A stretch of DNA of 64,000 nucleotides from an uncultured bacterium. Its GTDB lineage: Bacteria > Patescibacteriota > Minisyncoccia > Phycocordibacterales > UBA9973. Each line of letters opens with the position of its first letter. The stretch's first letter is position 1. The stretch spans positions 70,515 through 134,514 of the forward strand of contig CAITQP010000011.1 of the NCBI GenBank assembly GCA_903894565.1, in the 5' to 3' direction. The notes under the pieces were generated by a model, which did not search any database, was not told where the DNA came from, and saw only the letters and a list, made by a program, of their open reading frames with translations. Positions 19,313 through 28,480 of this stretch are shown here, piece by piece. A program made the translations under genes and the position numbers.

Positions 19313-20707
19313 TTAGAAATCTACGTCGTTACTACTGCCGCTACTGGAAGCAGCAAATGCGTCGAGTCCTGCGCCTGTATCGATCGACATGAAGCTTGAG
19401 GTTTTTTCATCCATGTAGAGTTCAATATCGCCGACAGGACCGTTACGATGTTTGGCAATAATAATCTTTGCGATATTTTGTCGATCAGATTCTTTGTTGA
19501 ACCTGTCTTCGCGGTGAATAAACATAACAACGTCGGCGTCTTGTTCGATGGATCCTGAGTCACGGAGGTCTGAGAGTCGTGGTTCTCCACCACGAGCTTC
19601 AACCGCACGAGAGAGCTGTGAAAGGGCGATAACCGGAACATTAATTTCACGTGCGAGTGCTTTGAGCGAGCGCGAAATTTCGGTAACTTGATTCACCATC
19701 GAATCATAGTTTTTGCTTGTGGACATGAGCTGGAGGTAGTCGATAACGATCAATCCAATATTGTGCTCGTTTTTTAGACGACGAGAAATAGATTTGATGT
19801 GCGCAATAGTACTTGATGCTTGATCGTCGATAAAAATAGGAGCCTTTGAAAGACGGTCGAGACCTTCTCGAAGAAGAGTGAAGTCTGAACCACTCGTCGA
19901 AAGTCCTCCCGTACGCAACTGCCATGCGCTAACGCGCGATTCAGCCGCGAGCATGCGGTCTACAAGCTGCTGAGAGCTCATTTCAAGTGAGAAGATGGCT
20001 ACGCCAACATTTTGCTTTGTCGCAGCAAGGCGAGCGAAATCGAGGGCAAGGGTCGTCTTTCCCACGGATGGACGAGCAGCAAGAATAATGAGGTCAGAAT
20101 TTTGAAATCCAGACAACATATCGTCGAGTGCTTTGAAACCAGTTGCGACTCCACGAATCTCACCCTTGTTTGAGTGCAGTCGCTCAAGACGAGTCCAAGC
20201 TTCGCCGAGCGTGTCTTTCAGGGCGAGATATTTTCCACGCTTTGGACTCTCTGCAATTGCGAATATTTCTTTCTCTGCGGTGTCGAGTACATCCTCGAGC
20301 GTAAGCTCTTGGGTGTCATAACCGAGTTCAGCAAGCTTGTCAGCTGATTCAATCAAGCGACGCAGGATATATTTTTCCTCTACGATAGCAGCATAGTGTT
20401 CTGCGTTTGTTGAAGAAGGCACAGAATTCGTAAGTTCAGCAAGAAACTTTGATCCACCGATGGAATCGATCAGCTTTTTCTCCTTGAGGCGATGCGAGAG
20501 TGTCAAAAGGTCGATCGGCTCGTTTTTGGCCGAAAGTTCAAGCATTGTCTCGTAAATCTTGCGGTGCTTGTCGCTATAAAACGATTCAGCTGTAATTCGG
20601 TCTGCAATATCAAGAAGTGTACCTGGCTTCAACATGATTGAACCAAGAACAGCCTTCTCGGAATCGAGACTTTGGGGTGGAACGCGGAGTTTCTTTTCGC
20701 CTGACAT
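19313..20707 (-). CDS. dnaB: replicative DNA helicase DnaB
   Basis: N-terminal DnaB domain, Walker A GARPSVGKTT, LIVIDYLQLM. No intein. Confidence 0.92.
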   Translation of the reverse strand: MSGEKKLRVPPQSLDSEKAVLGSIMLKPGTLLDIADRITAESFYSDKHRKIYETMLELSAKNEPIDLLTLSHRLKEKKLIDSIGGSKFLAELTNSVPSSTNAEHYAAIVEEKYILRRLIESADKLAELGYDTQELTLEDVLDTAEKEIFAIAESPKRGKYLALKDTLGEAWTRLERLHSNKGEIRGVATGFKALDDMLSGFQNSDLIILAARPSVGKTTLALDFARLAATKQNVGVAIFSLEMSSQQLVDRMLAAESRVSAWQLRTGGLSTSGSDFTLLREGLDRLSKAPIFIDDQASSTIAHIKSISRRLKNEHNIGLIVIDYLQLMSTSKNYDSMVNQVTEISRSLKALAREINVPVIALSQLSRAVEARGGEPRLSDLRDSGSIEQDADVVMFIHREDRFNKESDRQNIAKIIIAKHRNGPVGDIELYMDEKTSSFMSIDTGAGLDAFAASSSGSSNDVDF

Positions 20708-20822
20708 GCTCCGATTTTAGCACGCCAGAATATTGGGGGAAGTAGGCAAACAGGGAAAGCGTGTTACTAACGTGTGAATAGCCTCCATCGCGTTTTTGTT
20801 CTCAGTTTGGTATACTCGGAAT

Positions 20823-21767
20823 ATGAAAAAAGTCCTCCTTTCCGGCATTAAACCGACTGGTGATATGCATCTGGGCAACTATTTTGGTGCCATTAAGCAA
20901 TTTATCGACATGCAGGATTCGTACGAATCATATATTTTTATTGCCGACTTGCACGCACTTACAACCGTACGTGACCGAGAAGAACTCCGCAAAAATATTT
21001 TTACAATCGCAGCGACATATATGGCCTGCGGACTTGATCCCAAAAAGGTCACGTTGTTTCAACAGTCTGCAATCGGCGGGGAATTATGCGAGCTTACCTG
21101 GATGTTCAATTGTTTGACCACAGTGCCATACCTTGAACGAGCAGTGGCATACAAAGACGCGATCGCAAACGGTAAAGAAGCGACTGTTGGACTCTTTGAC
21201 TATCCAATCCTCATGGCCTCGGATATTCTGATGCAAAATCCCGATGTTGTTCCTGTCGGCTCTGATCAAAAGCAACATATCGAATATGCTCGAGATACAG
21301 CAGAGAAATTTAATCGCATTTGGAGTGAACAATTCAAGATGCCAGAACCGCTCATTCTTGAATCAACTGGAATTGTTCCAGGAATTGATGGGCGCAAGAT
21401 GAGTAAGAGCTATGGAAATACAATTCCACTATTCGCAAGTGATGCTGAAATTGAAAAGGCTGTCATGAGTATTGTTACGGATTCATCAGGTGATATTCCG
21501 ACAAACGTGTACGCAATACATAAGCTTTTCAAATCTGAAGCCGAACTCGCGCCATTGTACGAAACAAACAAAGGCAAATATAAAGCATCAAAAGACGCGC
21601 TCGCAAATGATATCAAGGCGTTTGTCGCTCCGATGCGCGCTCGATATATAGAACTGTGTGCGAATCCTAGTCTTGTTGAAGATGTATTATCAGCTGGTGC
21701 GAAAGTTGTAAAGGTTCGTGCTGAACAAAAAATGGTCGCTGTTAGGAAATCAGTCGGATTACTGTAA
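20823..21767 (+). CDS. trpS: tryptophan--tRNA ligase
   Basis: HLGNYFGA (HIGH) and KMSKSYGN. Start trimmed to ATG 20823 (MKKVLLSGIKPTG). Confidence 0.92.
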   Translation: MKKVLLSGIKPTGDMHLGNYFGAIKQFIDMQDSYESYIFIADLHALTTVRDREELRKNIFTIAATYMACGLDPKKVTLFQQSAIGGELCELTWMFNCLTTVPYLERAVAYKDAIANGKEATVGLFDYPILMASDILMQNPDVVPVGSDQKQHIEYARDTAEKFNRIWSEQFKMPEPLILESTGIVPGIDGRKMSKSYGNTIPLFASDAEIEKAVMSIVTDSSGDIPTNVYAIHKLFKSEAELAPLYETNKGKYKASKDALANDIKAFVAPMRARYIELCANPSLVEDVLSAGAKVVKVRAEQKMVAVRKSVGLL

Positions 21768-22048
21768 TGAATACAAAATACGAAAAAGAGTTTATCGACA
21801 CGTTGATGCGAGTTGCACAAGACAAAAAAACACTTCATAATTTCCTTGTAGGCATTTTAACACCAGCGGAGCACAAAGAAATCGTTACTCGTTGGCAGAT
21901 CGTCAAGCGTCTCGTAGAAGGAGATACTCAGCGAACGATTGCCAAAGATCTTGAGGTGGGGATCGCAACAGTTACTCGAGGAAGTCGTGAACTTACAAAT
22001 CCGGTTGGGAACCTTACTTATATAATTAAGAAGAATTCAAAAAAGTAA
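21767..22048 (+). CDS. TrpR-like protein, YerC/YecD family
   Basis: Small HTH protein FLVGILTPAEHKEIVTRWQIVKRL...RTIAKDLEVGIATVTRGSREL. Start overlaps the trpS stop (TAATG). Confidence 0.7.
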   Translation: MNTKYEKEFIDTLMRVAQDKKTLHNFLVGILTPAEHKEIVTRWQIVKRLVEGDTQRTIAKDLEVGIATVTRGSRELTNPVGNLTYIIKKNSKK

Positions 22049-22051
22049 TCT

Positions 22052-22297
22052 ATGGAATTTCTCGTCAACGCAATAAAAATTTTGATCATGTCGATCCTCT
22101 CGATTTTTTATTATCCAATCAATAGTGCGTTTTTGTTCTTACAAAAGCACTACCGCGATTGGCAAGTAAATGATCGTGTATCGTTTTATCTTGCAACACC
22201 GCTCTATTTTCTTCTTTTCCTTGTTACCTCAATACTTTCAATTCCACTTGAACGTATGGGGGAGGCGTACCATCCACCACTCGGAGGATTCCGATAG
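22052..22297 (+). CDS. small hydrophobic hypothetical protein (81 aa)
   Basis: ORF only. Two predicted TM segments. Confidence 0.3.
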   Translation: MEFLVNAIKILIMSILSIFYYPINSAFLFLQKHYRDWQVNDRVSFYLATPLYFLLFLVTSILSIPLERMGEAYHPPLGGFR

Positions 22298-22334
22298 TTT
22301 TCCATTTATAATTTGCATGGTATAGTGCGTATGC

Positions 22335-22525
22335 CGTCGACTCCGCTGACACGGACGAGGCAAAGAGAAGAAAATCCTCCACAATTGTGACAGGATGAGT
22401 AGACCTCTTCGGGTGCGCCCGTCATAGCGCAGAATGAGTCGAAAAGTAGGGTGGCACCGCGACAAACATCGCCCCTACAAATGTATTATTAATTAATACG
22501 TTTGGAGAGGCGATTTTTGTTTGCC
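22335..22525 (+). promoter_or_regulatory. T-box leader (tRNA-sensing riboswitch) upstream of aspS
   Basis: Antiterminator GTAGGG-TGGCACC-GCG...CGCCCCTAC matches the T-box consensus AGGGUGGNACCGCG. The competing terminator is ATCGCCCCTAC/GGAGAGGCGAT plus TTTTTGTTTG. GAC+purine specifier candidates lie at about 22346-22358 and 22386-22390. Confidence 0.7.
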
Positions 22526-22542
22526 CTCCGGCGCTTTACACA

Positions 22543-23931
22543 GTGAAAGACAGAATTTATACAAGTGAGCTATCAGGCAAAGTTGGTGAGACAGTAGTAC
22601 TCGCAGGATGGGTTGATGTGCGTCGAGATCAAGGCAAAATGGTCTTTTTTGACTTGCGTGACATGAAAGGAATTATTCAATGTATCGTACTTCCAATGCA
22701 TACTGATGCGATTACAATCGCAAAAGAAATTCGTCCAGAATGGGTGCTTCGTCTTGAAGGAAAGGTCAATAAGCGTCCAGAAAAAAATATTAACCCGAAC
22801 ATCCCGTCGGGTGATGTAGAACTTGAGGTGACCGCCATCCAAGTGCTCAACAAGTCTGAAACACCACCATTTGAGTTGAATACTGATACGATGCAAGTTG
22901 GCGAGGATATTCGTATGAAGTACAAATATCTCGATCTCCGTAGTGAGCGCATGCAAAAAAATATTCGCATGCGTGACAAGATCATCACTTTTTTCCGCGA
23001 ATACATGCATCAAAATGATTTCATTGAAATCGAAACTCCAATGATGACAAAGGGTACGCCCGAGGGGTCACGCGAATACGTCATTCCGTCGCGACTCTCG
23101 CCAGGCAATTTTTACGTACTTCCACAATCTCCACAGCAATTCAAACAGCTTTCGATGGTTGCTGGATTCGAAAAATACTTTCAAATTGCGCGATGTATGC
23201 GCGACGAAGATACACGAGGCGATCGTCAGCCTGAATTCACTCAGCTCGACTATGAATTGTCATTCGTCGAGCAAGAAGACGTGATTTCATACACAGAAGC
23301 AATGTATATTGCTATGGTGCAGACTTTGTATCCCGAAAAGAAAATTCAACAGATTCCGTTTCCTCGCATTACATACGCGGAATCAATGGAAAAATACGGA
23401 AATGACAAACCTGACATGCGTGTAAACAAAGAAGATCCCAACGAACTGGCTTTCTGTTGGATTGTAGATTTTCCAATGTTTGAAAAAGACGATGAAGGGG
23501 GAGTTCAGGCCGTTCACCATCCTTTCACATCAGTCAAAGTTGAAGATGCAGAGTTGCTCGATACTGCACCATTACAGGCTCGCGCGAATGCGTATGATAT
23601 CGTGCTCAATGGATATGAGCTCGGTGGCGGGTCAATTCGTATTCATCAGCGTGAGATGCAAAACAAGATCTTTCAGCTACTCGGACTTTCACAGGAGGCG
23701 ATCGAAGCTCGCTTTGGACACATGTTGCAGGCATTTGAGTATGGAGCACCACCACACGGCGGATGCGCACAAGGTATTGATCGTATCGTTATGCTTCTCC
23801 AAAATGAACCAAATATCCGCGAAGTCATTGCCTTTCCAAAGACAGGTGAGGGCAAAGATTTGATGATGGGTTCACCAAGTGAAGTTTCAGAGAAACAGCT
23901 TCGTGAATTAAATATTCAAATTAGAAAATAA
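22543..23931 (+). CDS. aspS: aspartate--tRNA ligase, short (archaeal/eukaryal-type, no GAD insertion; likely non-discriminating)
   Basis: GTG start. OB anticodon-binding domain plus class II catalytic core (FRDE, QSPQ, GGGSIR motifs). 462 aa. Confidence 0.9.
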   Translation: MKDRIYTSELSGKVGETVVLAGWVDVRRDQGKMVFFDLRDMKGIIQCIVLPMHTDAITIAKEIRPEWVLRLEGKVNKRPEKNINPNIPSGDVELEVTAIQVLNKSETPPFELNTDTMQVGEDIRMKYKYLDLRSERMQKNIRMRDKIITFFREYMHQNDFIEIETPMMTKGTPEGSREYVIPSRLSPGNFYVLPQSPQQFKQLSMVAGFEKYFQIARCMRDEDTRGDRQPEFTQLDYELSFVEQEDVISYTEAMYIAMVQTLYPEKKIQQIPFPRITYAESMEKYGNDKPDMRVNKEDPNELAFCWIVDFPMFEKDDEGGVQAVHHPFTSVKVEDAELLDTAPLQARANAYDIVLNGYELGGGSIRIHQREMQNKIFQLLGLSQEAIEARFGHMLQAFEYGAPPHGGCAQGIDRIVMLLQNEPNIREVIAFPKTGEGKDLMMGSPSEVSEKQLRELNIQIRK

Positions 23932-23940
23932 ACCAACAGC

Positions 23941-24198
23941 ATGAAAACTTATATTGATTATTTTGAACTGATCGATACGCGCCGAAACGCTCACGCGTTT
24001 CGCGCTGAAATTGAAGAAGTACCTGCGCCAGGTATGTCACCGGAAGCACCAGGTGGCGACGACTGGCGCCGTCGCACCGATGACGACGACACGAGCGATG
24101 GAGATAGTGATGACGACGAAGACAAATATGTCGACACCGATGGTAATCCGGACACACGTGACGTAGATGGATACACGTTTCCAGTTCACAACCGTTAA
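23941..24198 (+). CDS. small highly acidic (Asp-rich) hypothetical protein
   Basis: ORF 8 nt after aspS, followed by a terminator hairpin. No known motif. Confidence 0.35.
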   Translation: MKTYIDYFELIDTRRNAHAFRAEIEEVPAPGMSPEAPGGDDWRRRTDDDDTSDGDSDDDEDKYVDTDGNPDTRDVDGYTFPVHNR

Positions 24199-24205
24199 TA
24201 CGCAG

Positions 24206-24242
24206 ATTAAAACCCGCACAGTTTGTACTGAGCGGGTTTTAT
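24206..24242. terminator. bidirectional intrinsic terminator
   Basis: AAAACCCGCaCAGT-ttgt-ACTGaGCGGGTTTT. Confidence 0.6.
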
Positions 24243-24259
24243 AATTGCGGCACAATAGC

Positions 24260-25117
24260 TTATTGTACCCATTTACTTACAAATTTTTGCATTTGACTGT
24301 AACCATCGAGCAAGATTTGTTCTCTTACGCGCCCTGGAGAATAAAACTGCCGGTTTTTTGCAAAGTCTTGCAACAGGATACTGTAATTTCTGCACAACCT
24401 CGTCCTTTGCCCTTCAAAATTAAGTTTATTAATTTGAGAAAATAGTTCAACGTGTGAATCGTCCAGTCCGTAAGGATAAAGTTTACCTAAACGTGAATTG
24501 TATATCAGTGGCTCGTAACACCGAGTGTATTCTTCAGGATCTTGATCAACTTGTGAAATCAGATTATTTACTACACATGTTTTTGAATTCAATTTGTTGA
24601 TAAGATTTAGGTACTGTTGCCACGCTAGACTTGATTTCAGAGTATCTACTCGTATGATTCTATCGAAATCGTGTGGACGATTTGGAAATACCCAATTAAT
24701 ACATTCCTTTTCGTCAGTTGGCACATTAGCAAGGTTATAATCGTTCTTCGGACCTATCGCCGATAATGACACATAGTCGAGTACAACTTTGACCCGATGC
24801 TCAATATCTGGATAGTGTTCACGAAGGTACTGTACGAAATGCGAGCTAAGTAACATTCCGCCATACTGCATCTCGTTGAATGTGTACCCTTCGCTCAGGA
24901 AGGGTTTCATTACCATGACCACCTCGGCTTGAGGGATACCCAGAGCAAGTCGCATTACTGGTGCAATGTAAGATAGGACGCTAAGAGGTATGTCAGCCCC
25001 ATAAACGACATCGCATGTAATCAGTATTGATTCTTCAGGACGAATTTGTCCGAAGAGGTTCCTAACAGCATTCGTGTTAGTGAAGAGCGCTTTAAGCGTT
25101 TTGTTGTAGTCCATCTT
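24260..25117 (-). CDS. hypothetical protein (285 aa from MDYNK; AT-rich gene)
   Basis: ORF with no recognisable motif. About 35% GC. Overlaps the upstream gene by 29 nt. Confidence 0.5.
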   Translation of the reverse strand, partial: KMDYNKTLKALFTNTNAVRNLFGQIRPEESILITCDVVYGADIPLSVLSYIAPVMRLALGIPQAEVVMVMKPFLSEGYTFNEMQYGGMLLSSHFVQYLREHYPDIEHRVKVVLDYVSLSAIGPKNDYNLANVPTDEKECINWVFPNRPHDFDRIIRVDTLKSSLAWQQYLNLINKLNSKTCVVNNLISQVDQDPEEYTRCYEPLIYNSRLGKLYPYGLDDSHVELFSQINKLNFEGQRTRLCRNYSILLQDFAKNRQFYSPGRVREQILLDGYSQMQKFVSKWVQ

Positions 25118-25208
25118 CAAATCTAAAATAATTGATTCTCGCTGTTTTGTTTTCGGTAAGACAAGAGAGACCGGTTTTTTCAGTGGCGAAAAAACAAAAA
25201 CCAGAAAT

Positions 25209-25790
25209 TCAAGAGTGAACAATTGCCGTGAAATCATGTGCTACCCAACGACTGTTCATAATTGTATTGGACAATAATTCAGTTATTCCTCGCTTCTGAA
25301 TTATGTTGAGCCACTCAGGTTGAATCATTGATATAATTCTCCAATGCCAAATAAATAGATTCTCATACTCATTAACAAGAAAGGTATCTGAGCATCGTTC
25401 GAGAGCCTGCAGCACAAATCCTGAAACAGAGACATACATAGGCTCGTCAAGTTTATAGCAACGAGCGTATTCAAGAATGTAGCTTGCGATTAAGTCAGCA
25501 TTGGTTATTGATAGTGTGCTGATTGATTGCAACTGCGCAATTTGCACTGCGTCTTGAGTGTAAAATTCTTTTGGAAGAGGAGAGATTTTACAATTGTTTA
25601 ATTGACCACACATCTTTTCGTTAAGGAATATTTGTAACCTGTAGGATTCGAGAAAATCCTCATATTTTATTTTGCAGTGTTCACAAAATATTTCCCTTGT
25701 CTCACTGTGGAGCCACCACAAGATATAACCACCCCAGTTATGGTCATCAACGTTAGTAGAATACATACATTTAATATTTGTCTGTCGCAT
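25209..25790 (-). CDS. hypothetical protein (193 aa, AT-rich)
   Basis: ORF, translationally coupled to 24260-25117. No recognisable motif. Confidence 0.5.
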   Translation of the reverse strand: MRQTNIKCMYSTNVDDHNWGGYILWWLHSETREIFCEHCKIKYEDFLESYRLQIFLNEKMCGQLNNCKISPLPKEFYTQDAVQIAQLQSISTLSITNADLIASYILEYARCYKLDEPMYVSVSGFVLQALERCSDTFLVNEYENLFIWHWRIISMIQPEWLNIIQKRGITELLSNTIMNSRWVAHDFTAIVHS

Positions 25791-25823
25791 TTGTCGAATA
25801 TTTTTTTGTGAATGAATGTTTTA

Positions 25824-25854
25824 AAAGCCCTGTCCCGAGTATCGGGACAGGGCT
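25824..25854 (-). terminator. hairpin terminator after the TrpR-like gene
   Basis: GCCCTGTCCCGA-gta-TCGGGACAGGGC. Confidence 0.5.
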
Positions 25855-25870
25855 AGCTTCGGCGCAACTT

Positions 25871-26212
25871 TTATTTTTTCTTGCGCAAAGACAATCCTTT
25901 CCCGACACGGGTAGGAGTATGATGATGCTTCTTGTTGAGACGAGCGATGACAACTTTGTATCCATCGCCACCTTTGTTGAGCCATTTTGAGACGCGAGCA
26001 ATGGTTGTAGATGAAAGTCCGGTTTCCTTTTCAATCTGAGTGTAGGGGAGTTTGTCCGTGAGCATTTCCGCAGCCCGGTAACGATTGCCAAATTCAGTTA
26101 TCTCAGGTTCGGTGAGTAAGTCACGCAAAAATCGCTCCGCCTCATCTGTAGATTTGAGTGAAAGTAGCGCTTCAACAAGCTTTTTAGTTTTTGTATTATC
26201 AAAACCGCTCAT
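25871..26212 (-). CDS. TrpR-like protein, YerC/YecD family (second copy) with basic His-rich tail
   Basis: FLRDLLTEPEITEFGNRYRAAEMLTDKLPYTQIEKETGLSSTTIARVSKWLNKGGDGY. C-terminal KKHHHTPTRVGKGLSLRKKK. Confidence 0.65.
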   Translation of the reverse strand: MSGFDNTKTKKLVEALLSLKSTDEAERFLRDLLTEPEITEFGNRYRAAEMLTDKLPYTQIEKETGLSSTTIARVSKWLNKGGDGYKVVIARLNKKHHHTPTRVGKGLSLRKKK

Positions 26213-26335
26213 ATATCTACTATAGCAAACTATAGCACTGTAGTCAACTAAAGCGTTTGAATTGACTCAAAGTTAGGTAATAGGAGCGATCAGTGTTAGT
26301 GTTAGCACCTTAGTAACTAACGAACGAAGTATTCT

Positions 26336-26449
26336 ATGACAGACGAAACAACGACTCCAGTCGCTACGCAAGTAGAGACACCTGAAGCGACACCAGAAAC
26401 ACCGACAACAGAGGCGCCTGTCGAGACAACTCCTGAAACAGCTGCGTAA
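26336..26449 (+). CDS. possible 37-aa Thr/Pro/Glu-rich mini-protein (not in ORF track)
   Basis: ATG...TAA ORF MTDETTTPVATQVETPEATPETPTTEAPVETTPETAA, followed immediately by a terminator hairpin. Confidence 0.2.
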   Translation: MTDETTTPVATQVETPEATPETPTTEAPVETTPETAA

Positions 26450-26465
26450 GCACTGTCACTCATAC

Positions 26466-26493
26466 AAAAATGACCCGAATTCGGGTCATTTTT
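26466..26493. terminator. bidirectional intrinsic terminator
   Basis: AAAAATGACCCGAATTCGGGTCATTTTT. Confidence 0.6.
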
Positions 26494-26513
26494 GTTGTGT
26501 CAGCTGAGCGTGA

Positions 26514-27665
26514 CTATATCAACTCAATAATTTTCAAGTATATTTCAGTCGCCTTTTCGCAACGCGAGACATCGCAGTATTCATTTGGTTTGTGACTCGC
26601 ACTCTGGTCACCTGGCCCAAGAATAATACCGGGGATTCCCATCTCAGAAAAGAAACAAAGATCCGTGGAATCCTTCGAGAGTCCGATCGTAGTTACGAGT
26701 TTTTTTGCGCAGGCAACGATTTTTGTTTTTGGATCAGTATGTCCTGGGGGAGACGGAGTATATATGACGCGAATGTGTGCACCGAATTTTGTACACAACT
26801 TCTCAACTATCTCAAACGCAGATTTGTGCAGGCTCGGGGTTGTACGAATGTCTATCGTGAATGAACAGGTATCAGGAAATTTGTTCGGCGCGACAGGGTC
26901 GCCGGCTTGGATAGAAGTGATCCCAATCGAAGGCTTGCCAAGTACAGAATCAGTATATGTTTTGCCGAGCTCTATTTCGAGTTTTTTTAACTCCTCAACG
27001 ATATTCATCGCCTCGAGAATTGCATGTTTTTTGATGAGTTCTGGTTGCGCTCCGTGTCCACCATCACCATTTACGGATATCTCTGCGTGAATATTTCCAC
27101 GGTGACCAAGATGAATTTCATCCATGTTCGTTGGTCCACACACTACGGCAGAAATTTCAGTATATTTCAAAGACCATTTCTTTTCAGTAAACCACGCGAG
27201 AAATGATTTTGTACCATCTCCACCCGTTTCTTCTTTACAAACAAAAACAATCCAGACATCGAGCGCTGGCTGTGTCTTGGCGCACGCATCACCGAGTGCG
27301 AGGAGCGACGCGAGGCTTCCTTTGGCATCACTTGCTCCAACCCCATATATTTTGCCGTCGATTTCTATACCACTATCCTTGCCGTACGGTGGAAATTTCC
27401 AGAGTGAAAGAGCGCCAGGAGAAACCGTATCCATATGCGCGTTAAAAATAAGAGCCCGAGTTGTATCTGCGCCCGGAATACGTACATATACGTTGCCTTC
27501 ATGTTTTAGAGGTTTTAATCCTGCGACAAGGAAGTGGGTAAATAAGTAGTCTGCGAGATTACGTTCATGGCTTGAGATAGAAGCAATTTTGACGATGTCT
27601 TTCAATAAATTTGTTGTATTCATTTTATATGAAGAATACTGTAGCAGTTCCTCGGCACACGTCAA
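26514..27665 (-). CDS. M20-family metallopeptidase (ArgE/DapE-like deacylase)
   Basis: NAHMDTVSPG, GASDAKGSLASLL metal-binding motifs. Dimerisation domain. Confidence 0.8.
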   Translation of the reverse strand: MTCAEELLQYSSYKMNTTNLLKDIVKIASISSHERNLADYLFTHFLVAGLKPLKHEGNVYVRIPGADTTRALIFNAHMDTVSPGALSLWKFPPYGKDSGIEIDGKIYGVGASDAKGSLASLLALGDACAKTQPALDVWIVFVCKEETGGDGTKSFLAWFTEKKWSLKYTEISAVVCGPTNMDEIHLGHRGNIHAEISVNGDGGHGAQPELIKKHAILEAMNIVEELKKLEIELGKTYTDSVLGKPSIGITSIQAGDPVAPNKFPDTCSFTIDIRTTPSLHKSAFEIVEKLCTKFGAHIRVIYTPSPPGHTDPKTKIVACAKKLVTTIGLSKDSTDLCFFSEMGIPGIILGPGDQSASHKPNEYCDVSRCEKATEIYLKIIELI

Positions 27666-27725
27666 ATTTTAGTTAGGATACTTTGTTTGTGAGAAAGGGT
27701 AAAATAGTCTAAAATAACAGATTAT

Positions 27726-28478
27726 ATGGAAGAATCAGCTATCGCCTCAAGCTATACCGTCAAGACCAGCGCTTTCGAGGGCCCGCTCGAGCTCCTTCTC
27801 AACTTGGTAGAAGGAAAGAAGTTATTCATTAACGAGATTTCTCTTGCGGGAGTTACCGATGATTATCTTGCTTTTGCACGAAGTCTTCCCAAAAACGATC
27901 TCACGGAATTAACTTCATTTCTTGCTATTGCAGCGACGCTCATCCTGATTAAAAGTCGTTCCTTGCTGCCAGGATTTTTGGTTACAAAAGAAGAAGAGCA
28001 AGATATTCAGGATCTTGAATCAAGACTTGCTCTGTATTCAATGATACGTGAAGTAAGTATTTCCTTGAGCGAGCGATACGGCAAAACCGTGATTCGCTTG
28101 CCTGTCGAACGTGAATTATTCACGGCGGTTTTTGCGCCTGATCCAAAATTGTCCGTCAGTATTCTTTCAAGTTCGGCACTTGAGTGTCTTGGACGCGTTC
28201 CAAAAGAAGAAATATTACCTCAAGTTCGAGTGCGGAAAATTATTAGTATTGATGAAATGCTTTCGAGTCTTGCTGAGCGTGTGGCAACAGCATCGCGTAT
28301 TTCATTCCGTGAATGGCAGAAATCGGTTACTGGTTCTGATCGCGAAGCAATGAAGAGTAATGTTATTGTTTCGTTCCTTGCAATGCTTGAGCTTGTACGT
28401 CAGGGGATGATGGACGCATTACAATCGGCAGATTTTGATGATATCGAATTAAGTAAAGTAACTAATCAAGAAGTATAA
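27726..28478 (+). CDS. scpA: segregation and condensation protein A
   Basis: FEGPLELLLNLVEGKKL N-terminus. Confidence 0.85.
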   Translation: MEESAIASSYTVKTSAFEGPLELLLNLVEGKKLFINEISLAGVTDDYLAFARSLPKNDLTELTSFLAIAATLILIKSRSLLPGFLVTKEEEQDIQDLESRLALYSMIREVSISLSERYGKTVIRLPVERELFTAVFAPDPKLSVSILSSSALECLGRVPKEEILPQVRVRKIISIDEMLSSLAERVATASRISFREWQKSVTGSDREAMKSNVIVSFLAMLELVRQGMMDALQSADFDDIELSKVTNQEV

Positions 28479-28480
28479 AT

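Noticed and set aside
20796-20822. Upstream extension of trpS from the TTG at 20796
   Set aside because: Homology begins at MKKVLLSGIKPTG, and a TATACT -10 box sits inside the extension.
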